Assembly (NCBI RefSeq): GCF_963921235.1
Contig: NC_086097.1
Location: 18,602,001-18,666,000 of the forward strand
Source: Mobula hypostoma
Taxonomy: Eukaryota
Reading direction: 5' to 3'
DNA length: 64,000 bases
The notes below the pieces were generated by a model. It was not told where the DNA came from, made no database searches, and saw only the letters and a program-made list of their open reading frames with translations. Positions 49,821-61,697 of the stretch are shown here, in pieces (position 1 is the first letter of the stretch; the number at the start of each line of letters is the position of its first letter). A program made the position numbers and the translations under genes.

Positions 49821-51369
49821 AGCAATAGCGTCAACATTTTTAAAAGACAATATTATAATGGGAAAATTGCACTCAGTTGTACTCTAATATACTTACAAAT
49901 GCACGAGTAGAAATTAAATTTCACCAGCTGAAGTACCCATACCGCTAAATACTAACTTTCCTCAATCCTTCCATATCAATATTACCACCTATCCACCCCC
50001 CTCAGTGAAAGTATTTTGAAATAGTTACGCTGAACACCCCCTCATTATCAACTTTGATTCAAATGGATCCAAACATGGGTATATTAAATTATGGGGGCTA
50101 TAGACAGGGTTAACGCAAGCATGCTTTTTCCGCAGAGGTTGAGTAAGACTAGAACTAGAGATCATGGGTGAAAGGTGAAAGGTGAAACGTTTAAGGGGAA
50201 CATGACAGGGAACATCTTCACTCACTCAGTGGTGAGAGTGTGGATCGAGGCACCAGCAGAAGTGACAGATATGAGTTTGATTTCAACATTTAAGAGCAAT
50301 TTGGATAGGAATATGGATGGGACGGGTATGGAGGGCTATGGTCTGGATGCAGGTTGATGGAGGTTAATAGCTTGGCACAGACCAGATGGGCTGAAGGGTC
50401 TGTTTCTGCTCTGTAGATAGCAAGGATGTTTGATAATCTGTTCTGGAATAATTAAAGTTGGAAACATTAATACAACAGGGAAGGGAAAAATTTCTCTTTT
50501 ACATCTCCCCAACTTACTCACGTTAGTAAACTAGCAGAAATAATTTACATAATACTAGGATATTATCTCGTGATGAAATACAAAATAAACTTTGCCCTTT
50601 ATCATAAAGCTCAAAAATAACAAGATGCCGGGAGCTCTCAGGAGCCAATTTGTGTGTTCAGAATTGGATTCATCTTCAAAAGGTTGTCCAAAGGCCACTC
50701 TGATTAATGGCTGCTTTCATCCATGTCAGGCATTCCATTACGTTGGTGAGCTGATGTGGAATTGAAAATGCCTCTGAAATTATTTCCTCGACAAGGACTC
50801 AAACCTGTTCCTTCTGTAATCATTATAAAGCATGTCAAGTACATTCTATTGCCGAAAACAGTTAAACCAAAGAGAATTACGTTCCATACTGATTAAAGGT
50901 TTGTTTACAGGAACATTTCACCACTGCAAGAACGTTATGTCTGTATCCTTAAATATATATTGCAGTCATCAAGATTTGAAATAGCAGAACTATCAAACAG
51001 ACACTTTAGAATCAATATTAATACTAAACAGCTGTGGTGCAATATCTTTGCATGTATTGAGCCTCTTTTAATCCAATGATTCACCTTTGCCTGTAACTCC
51101 AAGAGGCTCAGTCCCACTAATACAATACTTCTGCTCTCCAGAGACATAATAATGGAGCTCTGTAGAGAGTGTCTGATGAATGATTGCCCAATTGCATCAG
51201 TTGTACATAGTGAGTTCCACAGAGAATTGAACAAAGATGGCAAAGAATAATCCACTTATGGTTTTCAGTGGATTGTCCATTGTGGCAGCAGCGTAAGTGT
51301 CCATGCATCAAGATGAAAGCGGTAGATATTTTCAGTAACTGTAGCTTCATAAGACAAGCATTGTAAGAA

Positions 51370-51665
51370 GATTAGATTTACTTGTCACATGTGCAACAAG
51401 ACACTCAGTGAAGTGTGTTGATTTGAGTCAAATCAAATCAGTGAGCCTTGTACTGGGCAGCCTACAAGAGTCGCTACACTCCCAGAGCCAACATAGAGTG
51501 CCCACAATTCACTGACACTAACCGCGTGTCTTTGGAACATGGGAGGAAGCCCATGCGGTCATGGTGAGAACGTACAAGCTTCTTACAGGCAGCAGCAGGA
51601 ATTGAACCCTGATCTTACAGACAGTGTTGTAAAATGTTGTGCTAACCACAACACTACTGTGCTGA
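51370..51665 (-). mobile_element. V-SINE
   Basis: Antisense core 'gtctttggaacatgggaggaagcccatgcggtcatggtgagaacgtacaa'. Confidence 0.7.
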
Positions 51666-52188
51666 CTTGAAGGATATACAAATGAATAAATATATTCTAC
51701 TTAAGTATATAGAGAAATGATTCATGAAGCATTTAAACTTGTACACACCAGGCATTTTTACTGCAAGCAATAAACACTCTGCTGCAGGAACAAGATTGGC
51801 CAGATAGTATTTGTATGGGGAAAGGAATTATCCATATTTTGTGTGGAAATCCTGCATCAGGACACCTGAGTTCAAGGCATCATAGAGAAAAGCTGTTGTG
51901 CTGTTACTGATAGTGAAAGAAACTTAAAAACAGAACTGGGAAACTATAGAGTACACTTTCCTCAAAGTCTAAAAACCATTGCCATTAAATGTAGCTAGGC
52001 ATAACGAGTACTCAGAGCATTATCTGGAATGTTCTATTTCAGATTTCCAGCTTCTGCCACTCTTTTTAATGTTCTCTCAGTATTGCCCTCTGTTTTCCTG
52101 ACATGTTTTGATGGTGCCTGTTATTTCATGGACTTCAATCTTGAAGCCTTTTATTTGTTCATGATCAAATGCTTTTTGGAGGTACATA

Positions 52189-52718
52189 TACTCAGTGGCT
52201 ACTTCTTTGGGTACACCTGTACATTAATGCAGGTATCTAATCAGCCAACCATCTGGCAGGAGCTCAATGCATAAAAGCATACAGGCATGGTCAACGGGAT
52301 TCCTTGTTATTTAGACCAAACATTAGAGTAGAGAAAAAAATGTGATCTAAGTGAATTTGACTGTAGAATGATTGTTGGTGTCACACAGGGTGATTTGAGT
52401 ATCTCAGAAACCACTGATTCCAGGGATTTTCACCCATGTGCCTCTAGAGTTCACAGAGAACAGTGCGAGAAGCAAAAAAAAATCTGCTGAGTAGTAGCAC
52501 TGTGGGTGAAAATGCCTTGTTAATGAGAGAGGTCAGAGGAGAATGGCCTGACTGATTCAAGCTGACAGGAAGGTGACAGTAACTCAAGTAACCACATGTT
52601 ACAACAGTGGTGCAGAAGAGCTTCTCTGAACACAGACTGTATTGAACTATGAACTAGATGGACCACAGCAGCAGAAGACCATGAGCATACACTCAGTGGG
52701 CCCTTTATTATATACAGG
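52189..52718 (+). mobile_element. Non-autonomous Tc1 derivative (N-terminal transposase remnant)
   Basis: TIR-like 'ta-tactcagtggctactt'; remnant 'KKCDLSEFD..MIVG...GLSISET', 'LVNERGQRRMA.LIQADRK.TVTQ'; a second TIR copy at 52688-52718. Confidence 0.8.
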
Positions 52719-52721
52719 TAA

Positions 52722-53630
52722 GTGAAATTTGTGGATGACATGAAGATTGGGGGTGCAGTGGACAGTGAGGAAGACTATCGTGGCTTGCAGAGGGATCTGA
52801 GTCAGCTGGGAAAAAAAGGCCCGAAAAATGGCAGATGGAATTTAGTGCTGACAATTGTGAGGTGTTGCTCTTCGGTAGGACCTGCCAGGGTAGGTCTTAC
52901 ACAGTAAACAGTAGGGTACTGAGGAGTGCAGTTGAACAAAGGGATCTGGGAATACAGGTCCATAATTCATAATGGTGTCAGAGGCAGATAGGTTCATTAA
53001 AGAAAGCTTTTGGCACATAGGCCTTCATAAATCAAAGTACTGAGGTTTAGGTGGGACTACAACTAGAGGTCATGGGTTAAAGGTGAAAGGTTTAAGGGGA
53101 ACATGAGGGGAAACTTCTTCACTCAAAGGGTCATGAGAGTGTGGAGCAAGCTGCCAGCAGAAGTGGTGCATGCAACCTCAAATATTAAGAGAAGTTTGGA
53201 TAGTTACACGATTGTGGCGGTATGGAAGGCTATGGTCCCAGTGGAGATCAATGGGAGTAGGTAGTTAAAATGGTTTGGCACAGACTAATGGGACAAAGGG
53301 CCTGTTTCTGTGCTATATTTTTCTATGACACTATAAGAAGCGTACATTGAGTGTACAGCAAGAGACGTTTCCCCAGGGCGGAAATGTCAAATATGGGGAG
53401 GGGACCACAATTTTAAGGTGATTGGGGAAAAGTATAGGGAAATGTCAGTGGAAACTTTTCTATGCAGAGGATGGTGTGTGGAATGTATTGCCAGAGGTGG
53501 TGGGTAGAGGCAGAAACATCAGGATGTTAGGGATATTTAAGAAAATCGTAGATTGGCACATGGGTGATTCAATGGGAGAGGGAAGGATGAGATGATCTTA
53601 GATTAGGTGAAAAGGTTCTTAATTGTGATG
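52722..53630 (+). mobile_element. Two degraded CR1 3' fragments
   Basis: 'KFVDDMKIGGAVDSEEDYRGLQRDL', followed by CR1 3' UTR text. Confidence 0.75.
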
Positions 53631-53639
53631 TAATATTCT

Positions 53640-54780
53640 ATCAATTCCTCCGTCTCTGTTGCACCTGCTCTCAGGATGAGGCTTTTCATTTCAGAACGAA
53701 GGAGATATCCTCCTCCTTCAAAGAAGGGGGCTTTCCTTCCTCCAGCTGCCTTCAACCGCATCTCTTTCGTTTCACACACGTCTGCTCTCATCCCATCCCC
53801 CTGCCACCCTACCAGGGCTAGGGTTCCTCTTGTCCTCACCTACCACCCCACCAACCTCCATGCCCAGCACATAATTCTCCGCAGCTTCCACCATCTCTAA
53901 CAGGATCCCACCAACGAGCACAGTTTCCCTCACCCCCCCCACTTTCTGCAGGGATCGCTCCCTATATGACTCCCTTGTCTATTTGTCCCTCCCCACTGGT
54001 CTCCCTCCTGGTACTTACCCTTGTAAGTGGAATAAGTGCTACACCTGCTCCTACATCTCCTCCCTCACTACCATTCAGGGCTTCCAGGTGAGGCAACACT
54101 TCACCTGTGAGTCTGTTGAGGTCATATACTGTATCTGCTGCTCCCAGTGTGGCCTCTTGTATATCAGTAAGACCTAACGCAGATTGGGAGACCGCTTCGT
54201 CAAGCACCTATGCTCCGTCTGCCAGAAAAAGCAGGAGCTCCCAGTGGCCACCCATTTTAATTCCACTTCCCATTTCCATTCTGATATGTCTATCCATGGC
54301 CTCCTCTACTGCCGCATCCAGGTCGCCTCCAATCCGATGGCATGACCATCAATTTCTCGAACTTCTTGTAATGGATGCCCACCTTTCCTTCACCATTCCC
54401 CATCTCCTTTTCACTCTCTCTCTCTCACCTTATCTCCTTGTCTGCCCATCATCTTCCTCTGGCGCTCCTCCCCCCTTTTCTTTCTTCCATGGCCTTCTAT
54501 CCCCACCTATCAAATTCCCCCTTCTCCAGCCCTGTATCTCTTTCACCAATCAACTTTCCAGTTCTTTACTTCACTCCTTCCCCTTCCAGTTTCAACCATC
54601 ACCTTGTGTTTCTCACTCCCCTTTTGACTCTACTCTTCATCTTTTATTCTCCGGTCCTGCTGAGGGTCTGAAACGTTGACTGTACTTTTTTCCATTGATG
54701 CTGCCTAACCAGTTGAGTTCTTCCAGCATTTTGGGTGTGTTGCTTGGATTTCCAGCATCTGCAGATTTTCTCTTGTTTGT
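53640..54780 (+). mobile_element. Penelope-like element: GIY-YIG endonuclease remnant and terminal repeat
   Basis: 'RVPLVLTYHP', 'GTYPC..NKCYTC', 'FQVRQHFTCES..VIYCICCSQCGLLYI.KT.RRLGDRF.KHL', 'PVATHFNS'; degenerate hammerhead at about 54654-54682. Confidence 0.9.
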
Positions 54781-54804
54781 AATATTCTGTGTTTTTTTTT
54801 GCAC

Positions 54805-57800
54805 AAGGTCTTGGTGTAGGAGGGAAGGGATAAGAGTTTTGGATCATTGGTCTCACTTCCAAGGAAGGTGGGACCTGTCCTGAAGGGATGGTTTACACCT
54901 GAACTGGAGGGGGACTAATACCCAAGTGGGATGGTTTGTTAATGCTAAACAGTGGGGTTTAAACTCGAGTTGCACGGGAATGGGAACCAGAGTGCTAGAG
55001 CAGTTAGTGGAGAGGTTGTGGAGGCAGATGTTAGAAAGACCTCATACAAAATTAGGAGACAAAAACGTGAGCATGGCGCGACAAAATCGAGAAGGGTGAA
55101 TACAGGACTGAAGGTGTTGCACCTGAATGCGTGCAGTATATGGAATAAGGCACTCGTGAGACCACACTTGGAGTATCGTGTTCGGGTTTGGGCTCCTTAT
55201 TTTAGAAAGGATACACTGACATTAGAGAGGGTTCAGAGAAGATTCACAAGAATGATTCTAGGAATGAAAGGGTTACCGTATGAGGGACGTCTGGCAAATC
55301 TTGGGTTGTATTCCCTGGAGGAGAATGAGGGGGGATCTTATAGAAACATCCCAAATGTTAAAAGGCCTGAACAGATTAGACATGATAGAGGATTCTAGGA
55401 CAAGAGGGCACAACTTCAGGATTGAAGGACGTCCATTCAGAACAGAAATGCGGAGAAATTACTTTAGTCAGAGGGTGGTAAATCTGTGGAATTTGTTGCC
55501 ATCAGCAGCTGTGGAGACCAAGTCATTGGGTGTATTTAAGGCAGAGATAGATAGGTTCTTGATTAATCAGGGCATCAAAGGGTATGGGGTGAAAGCAGGG
55601 GAGTGGGGATGGCTGGAAGAATTGGATCAGCCTATGACTGAATGGCGGAGCAGACTTGATGGACTGAATGGCCTACTTCTGCTCCTATATCATATGGTCT
55701 TATGGTTTAAAGTAGATGAAGTTGCAGCACAGTTGCAGATTGGCAGGGATTATGTTGTAGGCATCACAGAATCATGGCTGAAAGATTATAGCTGGGAGTT
55801 TAATGTCTGAGGATACACATTATATCAAAAGGATAGGCAGGAAGGCAGAGGGGGAGGCGTTGCTCTGTTGGCAAAAAATGAAATCAAATCATTAGAAAGA
55901 AGTGACATTGTATCGGAAGGTATTGAATCATTGAGGAGAGAGCTAAGGAACTGCAAGGACAGAAACTTCCTGATAGGAGATGTATATAGTTCCCCGAACA
56001 GTAGTAAGGACGTGGCCTACAAATTACAATGGGAGATAGAAGATGCATGCCAAAAGGTCAATGTTACAATAGTCCTGGGGGACTTCAATATGTAGGTAGA
56101 TTGGGAAAATTAGGTTGGTGCGGGATTCCAAAAGAGGGATTTCTAGACTGCCTACAAGATGGCTTTTTAGAGCAGCTCATGATTGAGCCCACTAGGGGAT
56201 CAGCTATTCTGGATTGGGCATTGTGCAATGAACCAGAATTGATCAGAGAGCTTAAGAGAAAGGAACATTTAGAGACAAGTGATCATAATATGATCAAATT
56301 CACCCTGAAATTTGAGAAGGAGAAGCTAAAGACAGATGTATCAGTATTACAGTGGAGTAAAGGGAATTACAGAGGCATGAGAGAGGAGTTGGTCAGAGTT
56401 GATTGGAAAAGAACACTGGCAGGGATGATGGCAGAGCAGCAATGGCTGGAATTTCTGGAAGCATTTCGGAAGGCACAGGATATATACATCCCAAAGAGGA
56501 AGAAGTATTCCAAAGGAAAGATGACACACCCATGGCTACCAAGAGAAGTCAAAGCCAACATAAAAGCTGAAGAAAGGGTATATCATAGAGCAAAGATTAG
56601 TGGGAAGTTAGAGGATTGGGAAGTTTTTGAAACACAACAGAAGGCAACTAAAAAGTCATTAAGAAGATAAAGATTGAATACGAAGGTAAGCTAACCAATA
56701 ATATTAAAGAAGATATCAAAAGTTTCTTCAGATACATAAACTGTAAAAAAAGAGAAGTGAGAGTAGATATCGGACTGCTGGAAAATGATGCTGAAGAGGT
56801 GGTAATGGGGGACAATGAATCAGTGGACAAAATGAATAAGTATTTTTCATCATTTCTTCACTGTGGAAGAGATTATCAGTATGGTGGAAGTTCCAGGTGT
56901 CAGGGAGTATGAAGTGTGTGAAGTTACCATAACTAGAGAGAAGGTTCTTGGGAAACTGAAAGATCTAAAGGTAGATTAGTCACTTGGATAAGATGATATA
57001 CACCCCAGGGTTCTGAAAGAGGGTGCTGAAGAGATTGTCAAGGCATTAGTAGTTATCTTTCAAGAAACACTAGTTTCTGGAATGGTTCTGGAAGACTGGA
57101 AAATTGCAGTCTTTAAGAAGGGAGACAGTCAGAAGAAAGATAACTATAGGCCAGTTAGTCTGACTTCAGTGGTTGGGAAGACGTTGGAGTCAGTTATTAG
57201 TGATAAGATCTTAGGGTACCTTGCAGCACATGTCAAAATAGTCCGTAGTCAGCATGGTTTTCACAAGTGAAAATCTTGTCTGACAAATCTGTCGGAATTC
57301 CTTGAAGAAGTAACATGCAGGATAGACAAAGGAGAATTGGTTGATGTTGTGTAATTGGATTTTCAGAAGGCTTTTGACAAGGCGGCACACAGAATGCTGC
57401 TTAACATGCTACAAGCCCATGGTATTACAGGAGAGATTCTAACATGGATAGAGTAGTGGCTGATTGGCAGGAGGCAAAGAATGGAAATAAAGGAAGGTTT
57501 TTCTGATTGGCTGCCAGTGACTAGTGGTTTTCCACAGGCTCTGCATTGGAACCAGTTCTTTTTGCATTATATGTCAATGATTTGGATGATGGAATTGATG
57601 ACTTTGTTGCAAAGTTTGCAGACAATATGTAGATCAGTGGAAGGGAAGGTAGCTTTGAGGAAGTAGAGAGGCTACAGAAGGACTTAGACAGCTTAAGAGA
57701 ATGGGCAAAGAAATGGCAGATGGAATACGGTGTCGGGAAGTGCATGGTTATGCACCTTGGTAGAAGAAATGAAAGGGAAGACTATTTTCGAAATGGAGAG

Positions 57801-58540
57801 GAAATAGAAAAAACTGAGGTGCAAAGGGAATTGGAGTCCTTGTGCAGGATTCCCTAAAGGTTAATTTGCAGGTCAAGCCTGTGGTGAGGAAGGCAAATGC
57901 AATGTTAGCATTCATTTCAAGAGGACTGGAATATAAAAGCGAGGATGTAATGTTGAAACTTTATAAAGCACAGATGAGGCCTCCCTTGGAGAAATGCAAG
58001 CAGGTTTTGGCCCCTTATCTTAGAAGGAATGCGCTGAAACTGGAGCGGGTTCAAAGGAGGTTCGCGAAAGTGATTCCAGGATTGAATGGCTTGTCTTACG
58101 AAGAGCGTCTGATGGCTCTGGGCCTGTGTTCACTAGAATTCAGAAGAATAAGGGGTGACCTCTTTGGAACCTATTGAATAGTGAAAGGCCTTGACAGAGT
58201 GGATGCGGAGAGGATGTTTCCTATGGTGGGAGAGTCTAAGACCAGAGGACGCAGCCTCGGAATAGAGGTGTGTCCTTTTAGAATAGAGATGAGAAGGAAT
58301 TTCTTTAGCCTGACGGTGGTGAATCTGTGGAATTCTTTGCCATAGGTAGCTGTGGAGGTCAAGTCTTCATGTATATTTAAGGCAGAGGTTAATAGATTCT
58401 TGACTCGTCAGGGCATGAGGAATACAGGGAGAAGGCAGGGGGTTGGGGCTGAGAGGGAAATTAGATCAGCCATGATGAAATGGTGGAACAAACTCGATGG
58501 ACCAAATGACCTAATTCTGTGTCCGATGTCTTATGGTCTT
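54805..58540 (+). mobile_element. Long degraded CR1 (ORF1 end, EN, RT, 3' UTR) with a nested CR1 3' end at about 55147-55707
   Basis: 'LHLNACSIWNK' resumes as 'KVDE...GITESWL' after the insert; 'GDFN', 'SDHNMI', 'NYRPVSLTSVVGK'; tail near 58540. Confidence 0.9.
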
Positions 58541-58917
58541 GTGGTGTTCACATTTGACATATTGCAGTAAACGGGCAGCACTCCTGAATGCTCAGCTAAT
58601 TGGAAGATTCAATCAGTGATTTTGCTTGTATCTACCTCACTTCCCTCTGCTGTATCTCATCTCAAACAGGTGACATGTTATTTTAAGAGTAACGAGTCCC
58701 TTCAGTACATCCCTTTAAGTAACTTAATTTTTACCTATCCAGAACTGAATCAACATATTCCTGTGCTAACACTCCACAATAGTCTTATTTGATGTAGACG
58801 TATTGTATGTCCATACCTCAGCTATCCCAGTTTTACTTCCATGATTAATATCTTCTTTCACCTGCATGGGCCTGCAGCCCTCCTCCTTTTACAAACCCTT
58901 TCCTGTTTCCAGTTACC

Positions 58918-60200
58918 TTAGACGGTGAGGAGGAGGCATACAGGAGTGAGACAGATCGGCTGGGTGAGAGCTGTAGCAACAGCAACCTGGCACTCAACAT
59001 CAGTAAGACCAAGGAATTGATTGTGGACTTCCGAAAGGGGAGACTGGAAGAACACACACACACACACACACCAGTCCTCATCGAGGGGTGATCAGTGATA
59101 AGGGGGAGCAGCTTCAAGTTCCTGGATGTAAGCATCTCTGAAGATCTATCCTGGGCCCTACATACTGATGCAATTACAAAGAATGTCAGTGGCTACATTG
59201 GATTAGAAGTATAAGATTTGAAAGGTCACTGAAGACTCTAGCAAACTTCTACAAATCTACCGTGGAGAGCTTTCTGACTGCCATCTGGTATGGAGGCACC
59301 AATGCACAGGACTGGAAAAAGCTGCCAAGGATTGCTATCTTGGCCAACTGTATCTTGATCATTAGCCTCCCCACCAATGAGGACATCTTCAAAAAGTGGT
59401 GGGTGCCTCAGGAAAGCAGCATCATCTTGAAGGGCCCTATTCATCCAAAACATGTTGTCTTCTCCTTACTACTATCAACGAGGAGGTATAGGAGCCTGAA
59501 GACAGATACATCAACGAGGAGGTATAGGAGCCTGAAGACACATACATCAACGAGGAGGTATAGGACCCTGAAGACAGATACATCAACGAGGAGGTATAGG
59601 AGCCTGAAGACACACACTCATCAACGAGGAGGTATAGGAGCCTGAAGACACACTCATCAATGAGGAGGTATAGGAGCCTGAAGACACATACATCAACGAG
59701 GAGGTATAGGAGCCTGAAGACACACACTCATCAACGAGGAGGTATAGGAGCCTGAAGACACACTCAGCAATGAGGAGGTATAGGAGCCTGAAGACACACA
59801 CTCATCAATGATGGGGTATAGGAGCCTGAAGACACACACTCATCAACGAGGAGGTATAGGAGCCTGAAGACACACACTCATCAATGAGGAGGTATAGGAG
59901 CCTGAAGACACACACTCATCAATGAGGAGGTATAGGAGCCTGAAGACACACACTCATCAACGAGGAGGTATAGGAGCCTGGACACACTCATCGTTCTAGG
60001 AACAACTTTTTCACCTCTACTATCAGATTTCTGAAATGCCCATGAACCCATGGATACTGCTTCACAATTTTTACACTATTTATCTATTTTGTTTATATAT
60101 TCTGACTGTAATATATAATAATTCAAATGCACTGTACTGCTGCAAAACAACCAATTTCATAACATACCGCATGCCAGTGATAATAAACCTGATTCAGATC
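58918..60200 (+). mobile_element. Rex/Babar C-terminus and 3' UTR containing an expanded minisatellite
   Basis: 'LALNISKTKELIVDFRKG', 'ESFLTAIWYG'; ends 'gtgataataaacctgattc'. Confidence 0.85.
59474..59992 (+). repeat. Minisatellite, 14 units of 36-38 bp
   Basis: Unit 'atcaa(c/t)gaggaggtataggagcctgaagacaca(ca)ctc' and close variants. Confidence 0.97.
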
Positions 60201-60318
60201 CCAGTGGACCCCTTACAGATTCCCTTTTCAATTTTCAACTGTTTGGAAGAGTAAGTGACGGAGAAAAAATGGCTCAAAAAATCATTGCAGGCTCAGAGAG
60301 AAACAGATGAAGACATAC

Positions 60319-60462
60319 CAGAGAAGAAAGTGGCTACAAGTTATTGCTTGTTTGGATTCTTCCACAGAAAAAGGTGCTGGCTGATCACAAAGGGATTTAC
60401 ACAATGCCTTGCAATTGCTTGCCCAGGCTGTTCTAACAGCACCAACCAAATCACAGCCTTCA
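60319..60462 (-). CDS. Candidate internal exon (144 nt, phase 2-2), product unknown
   Basis: Acceptor 'tttctctttcttgatAG', donor 'tg|GTATGT'; one open frame EGCDLVGAVRTAWASNCKALCKSLCDQPAPFSVEESKQAITCSHFLL; lies in non-repeat sequence; no homology recognised. Confidence 0.3.
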
Positions 60463-61135
60463 CTATCAAGAAAGAGAAAGGCAGCCAAAGAATAGCAATG
60501 ATACAAACTGCAGTAAATGAAAATATGAAATAAAAACAAAAATACCACTTCCACTCAGCAGGTCCGGCTCCCCTGGAGAGGTGAGAAACTGAGTGAGATG
60601 TTTCAGATTAACAACCCTTTGTGAGAACCGGCAAAAGGAGAAAACGTGAGCTGTTGGATTCCTCTGGCAACGCTCACAACACGCTGGAGGAACTCAGCAG
60701 GTCGGGCAGCATCCGTGGAAACGATTAGTCAACGTTTCGGGCCGGAGCTCTTCATCCTGACCCTAGCTTTGTTGCTTTGGCCCCAGCATCTGCAGAGCAT
60801 TTTGTGTTTTCAAGTTCATGTTCAGTTTATTGTCAATCAGCTGTACACATGTATACAGCGAAACAAAACAATGTCCATCTGGGACCTAGGTACAAAACAT
60901 GGAACATATTTCACAGACAGCACATAAAATAATACTGACATAATAACATCAACAGATAATAAAAAAAATTTGGTAGATGTACAAGACGACATAAAGTGCA
61001 GATACGCCATGTAGTTAAATATACAGTTAGCATACATTTAAATATATAGCTAATGTATTGCTATTGATGCTGTCATAAATAATGACATAATAATGAAGTA
61101 ATAAATAAATAATGTGTACTGGGTGGTAATACTGT

Positions 61136-61697
61136 TGTTCATCCATCGTTGACGTCGATGAAAACCTCGACGCCATTATTGATGGTGTCGAGACTAGCGC
61201 GTGATTTGGATTTAAGTGAGGGAGAGTTGCGCAGCGTCGGCCTCACTCTCTCTTCCCAATTTCCATCTGGATCCGGCGGCAAGACAGAGTCCAGACGGCT
61301 GGAGATGGGACTAGGCGCAGTGGATGACCAGGACGTCTTCTGTGTCTTGTCCTGCTCTACATATTCCACGACGCTTGCAGAGACCGCCTTCTTGACCGTT
61401 GGACTTTCCATGGGTCTCGTCCGCTCAATCCGCCGGAGTCTGTCTTCATATGCTGGGATAGACAACTCCCTATCTCACCGAGGGTTTGAGACCCGTCAGC
61501 TACCCTCACTTGGTTTAGCCGGCTTGTCGAAGCCGTTGCCCGGGGTGTGGCCGCTGTCGCACGCAAACAGCTACGGGGAGCCACAGGTGACAGCTGAGTG
61601 CCAGGTGGGGACCAAAGGTGGACTAACCGCCCTGAAAAGGATGCGACATGTTCCCCCACCAGAGGTGCTACCCCTCCCTGACACCCCATATACCCCA
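61136..61697 (-). mobile_element. Young non-autonomous retroposon (~560 bp, probably RTE-related) with 11-bp TSD
   Basis: GGTAATACTGT (61125-61135) / GGTAATATTGT (61698-61708); CpG-rich; 11-bp stem-loop at 61166-61192 near the 3' end; short CAA-like tail. Confidence 0.85.
61506..61687 (-). ncRNA. HDV-like self-cleaving ribozyme (predicted)
   Basis: Minus strand in order: P1 GGGGUGU, 90-nt J1/2, P2 UCACCUGU, P3 GGC, L3 starting UCC, P3' GCC, P1' ACACCCC, GG, GCAAC, P4 GGCUU-CGAC-AAGCC, J4/2 GGCUAA, P2' ACCAAGUGA. Confidence 0.8.

Noticed and set aside
59474..59992. CRISPR-like array of ~30-bp constant repeats
   Set aside because: The variable parts are only 6-8 bp of CA-type sequence, not unique spacers; the unit derives from a Rex/Babar ORF; the context is eukaryotic with no cas genes.
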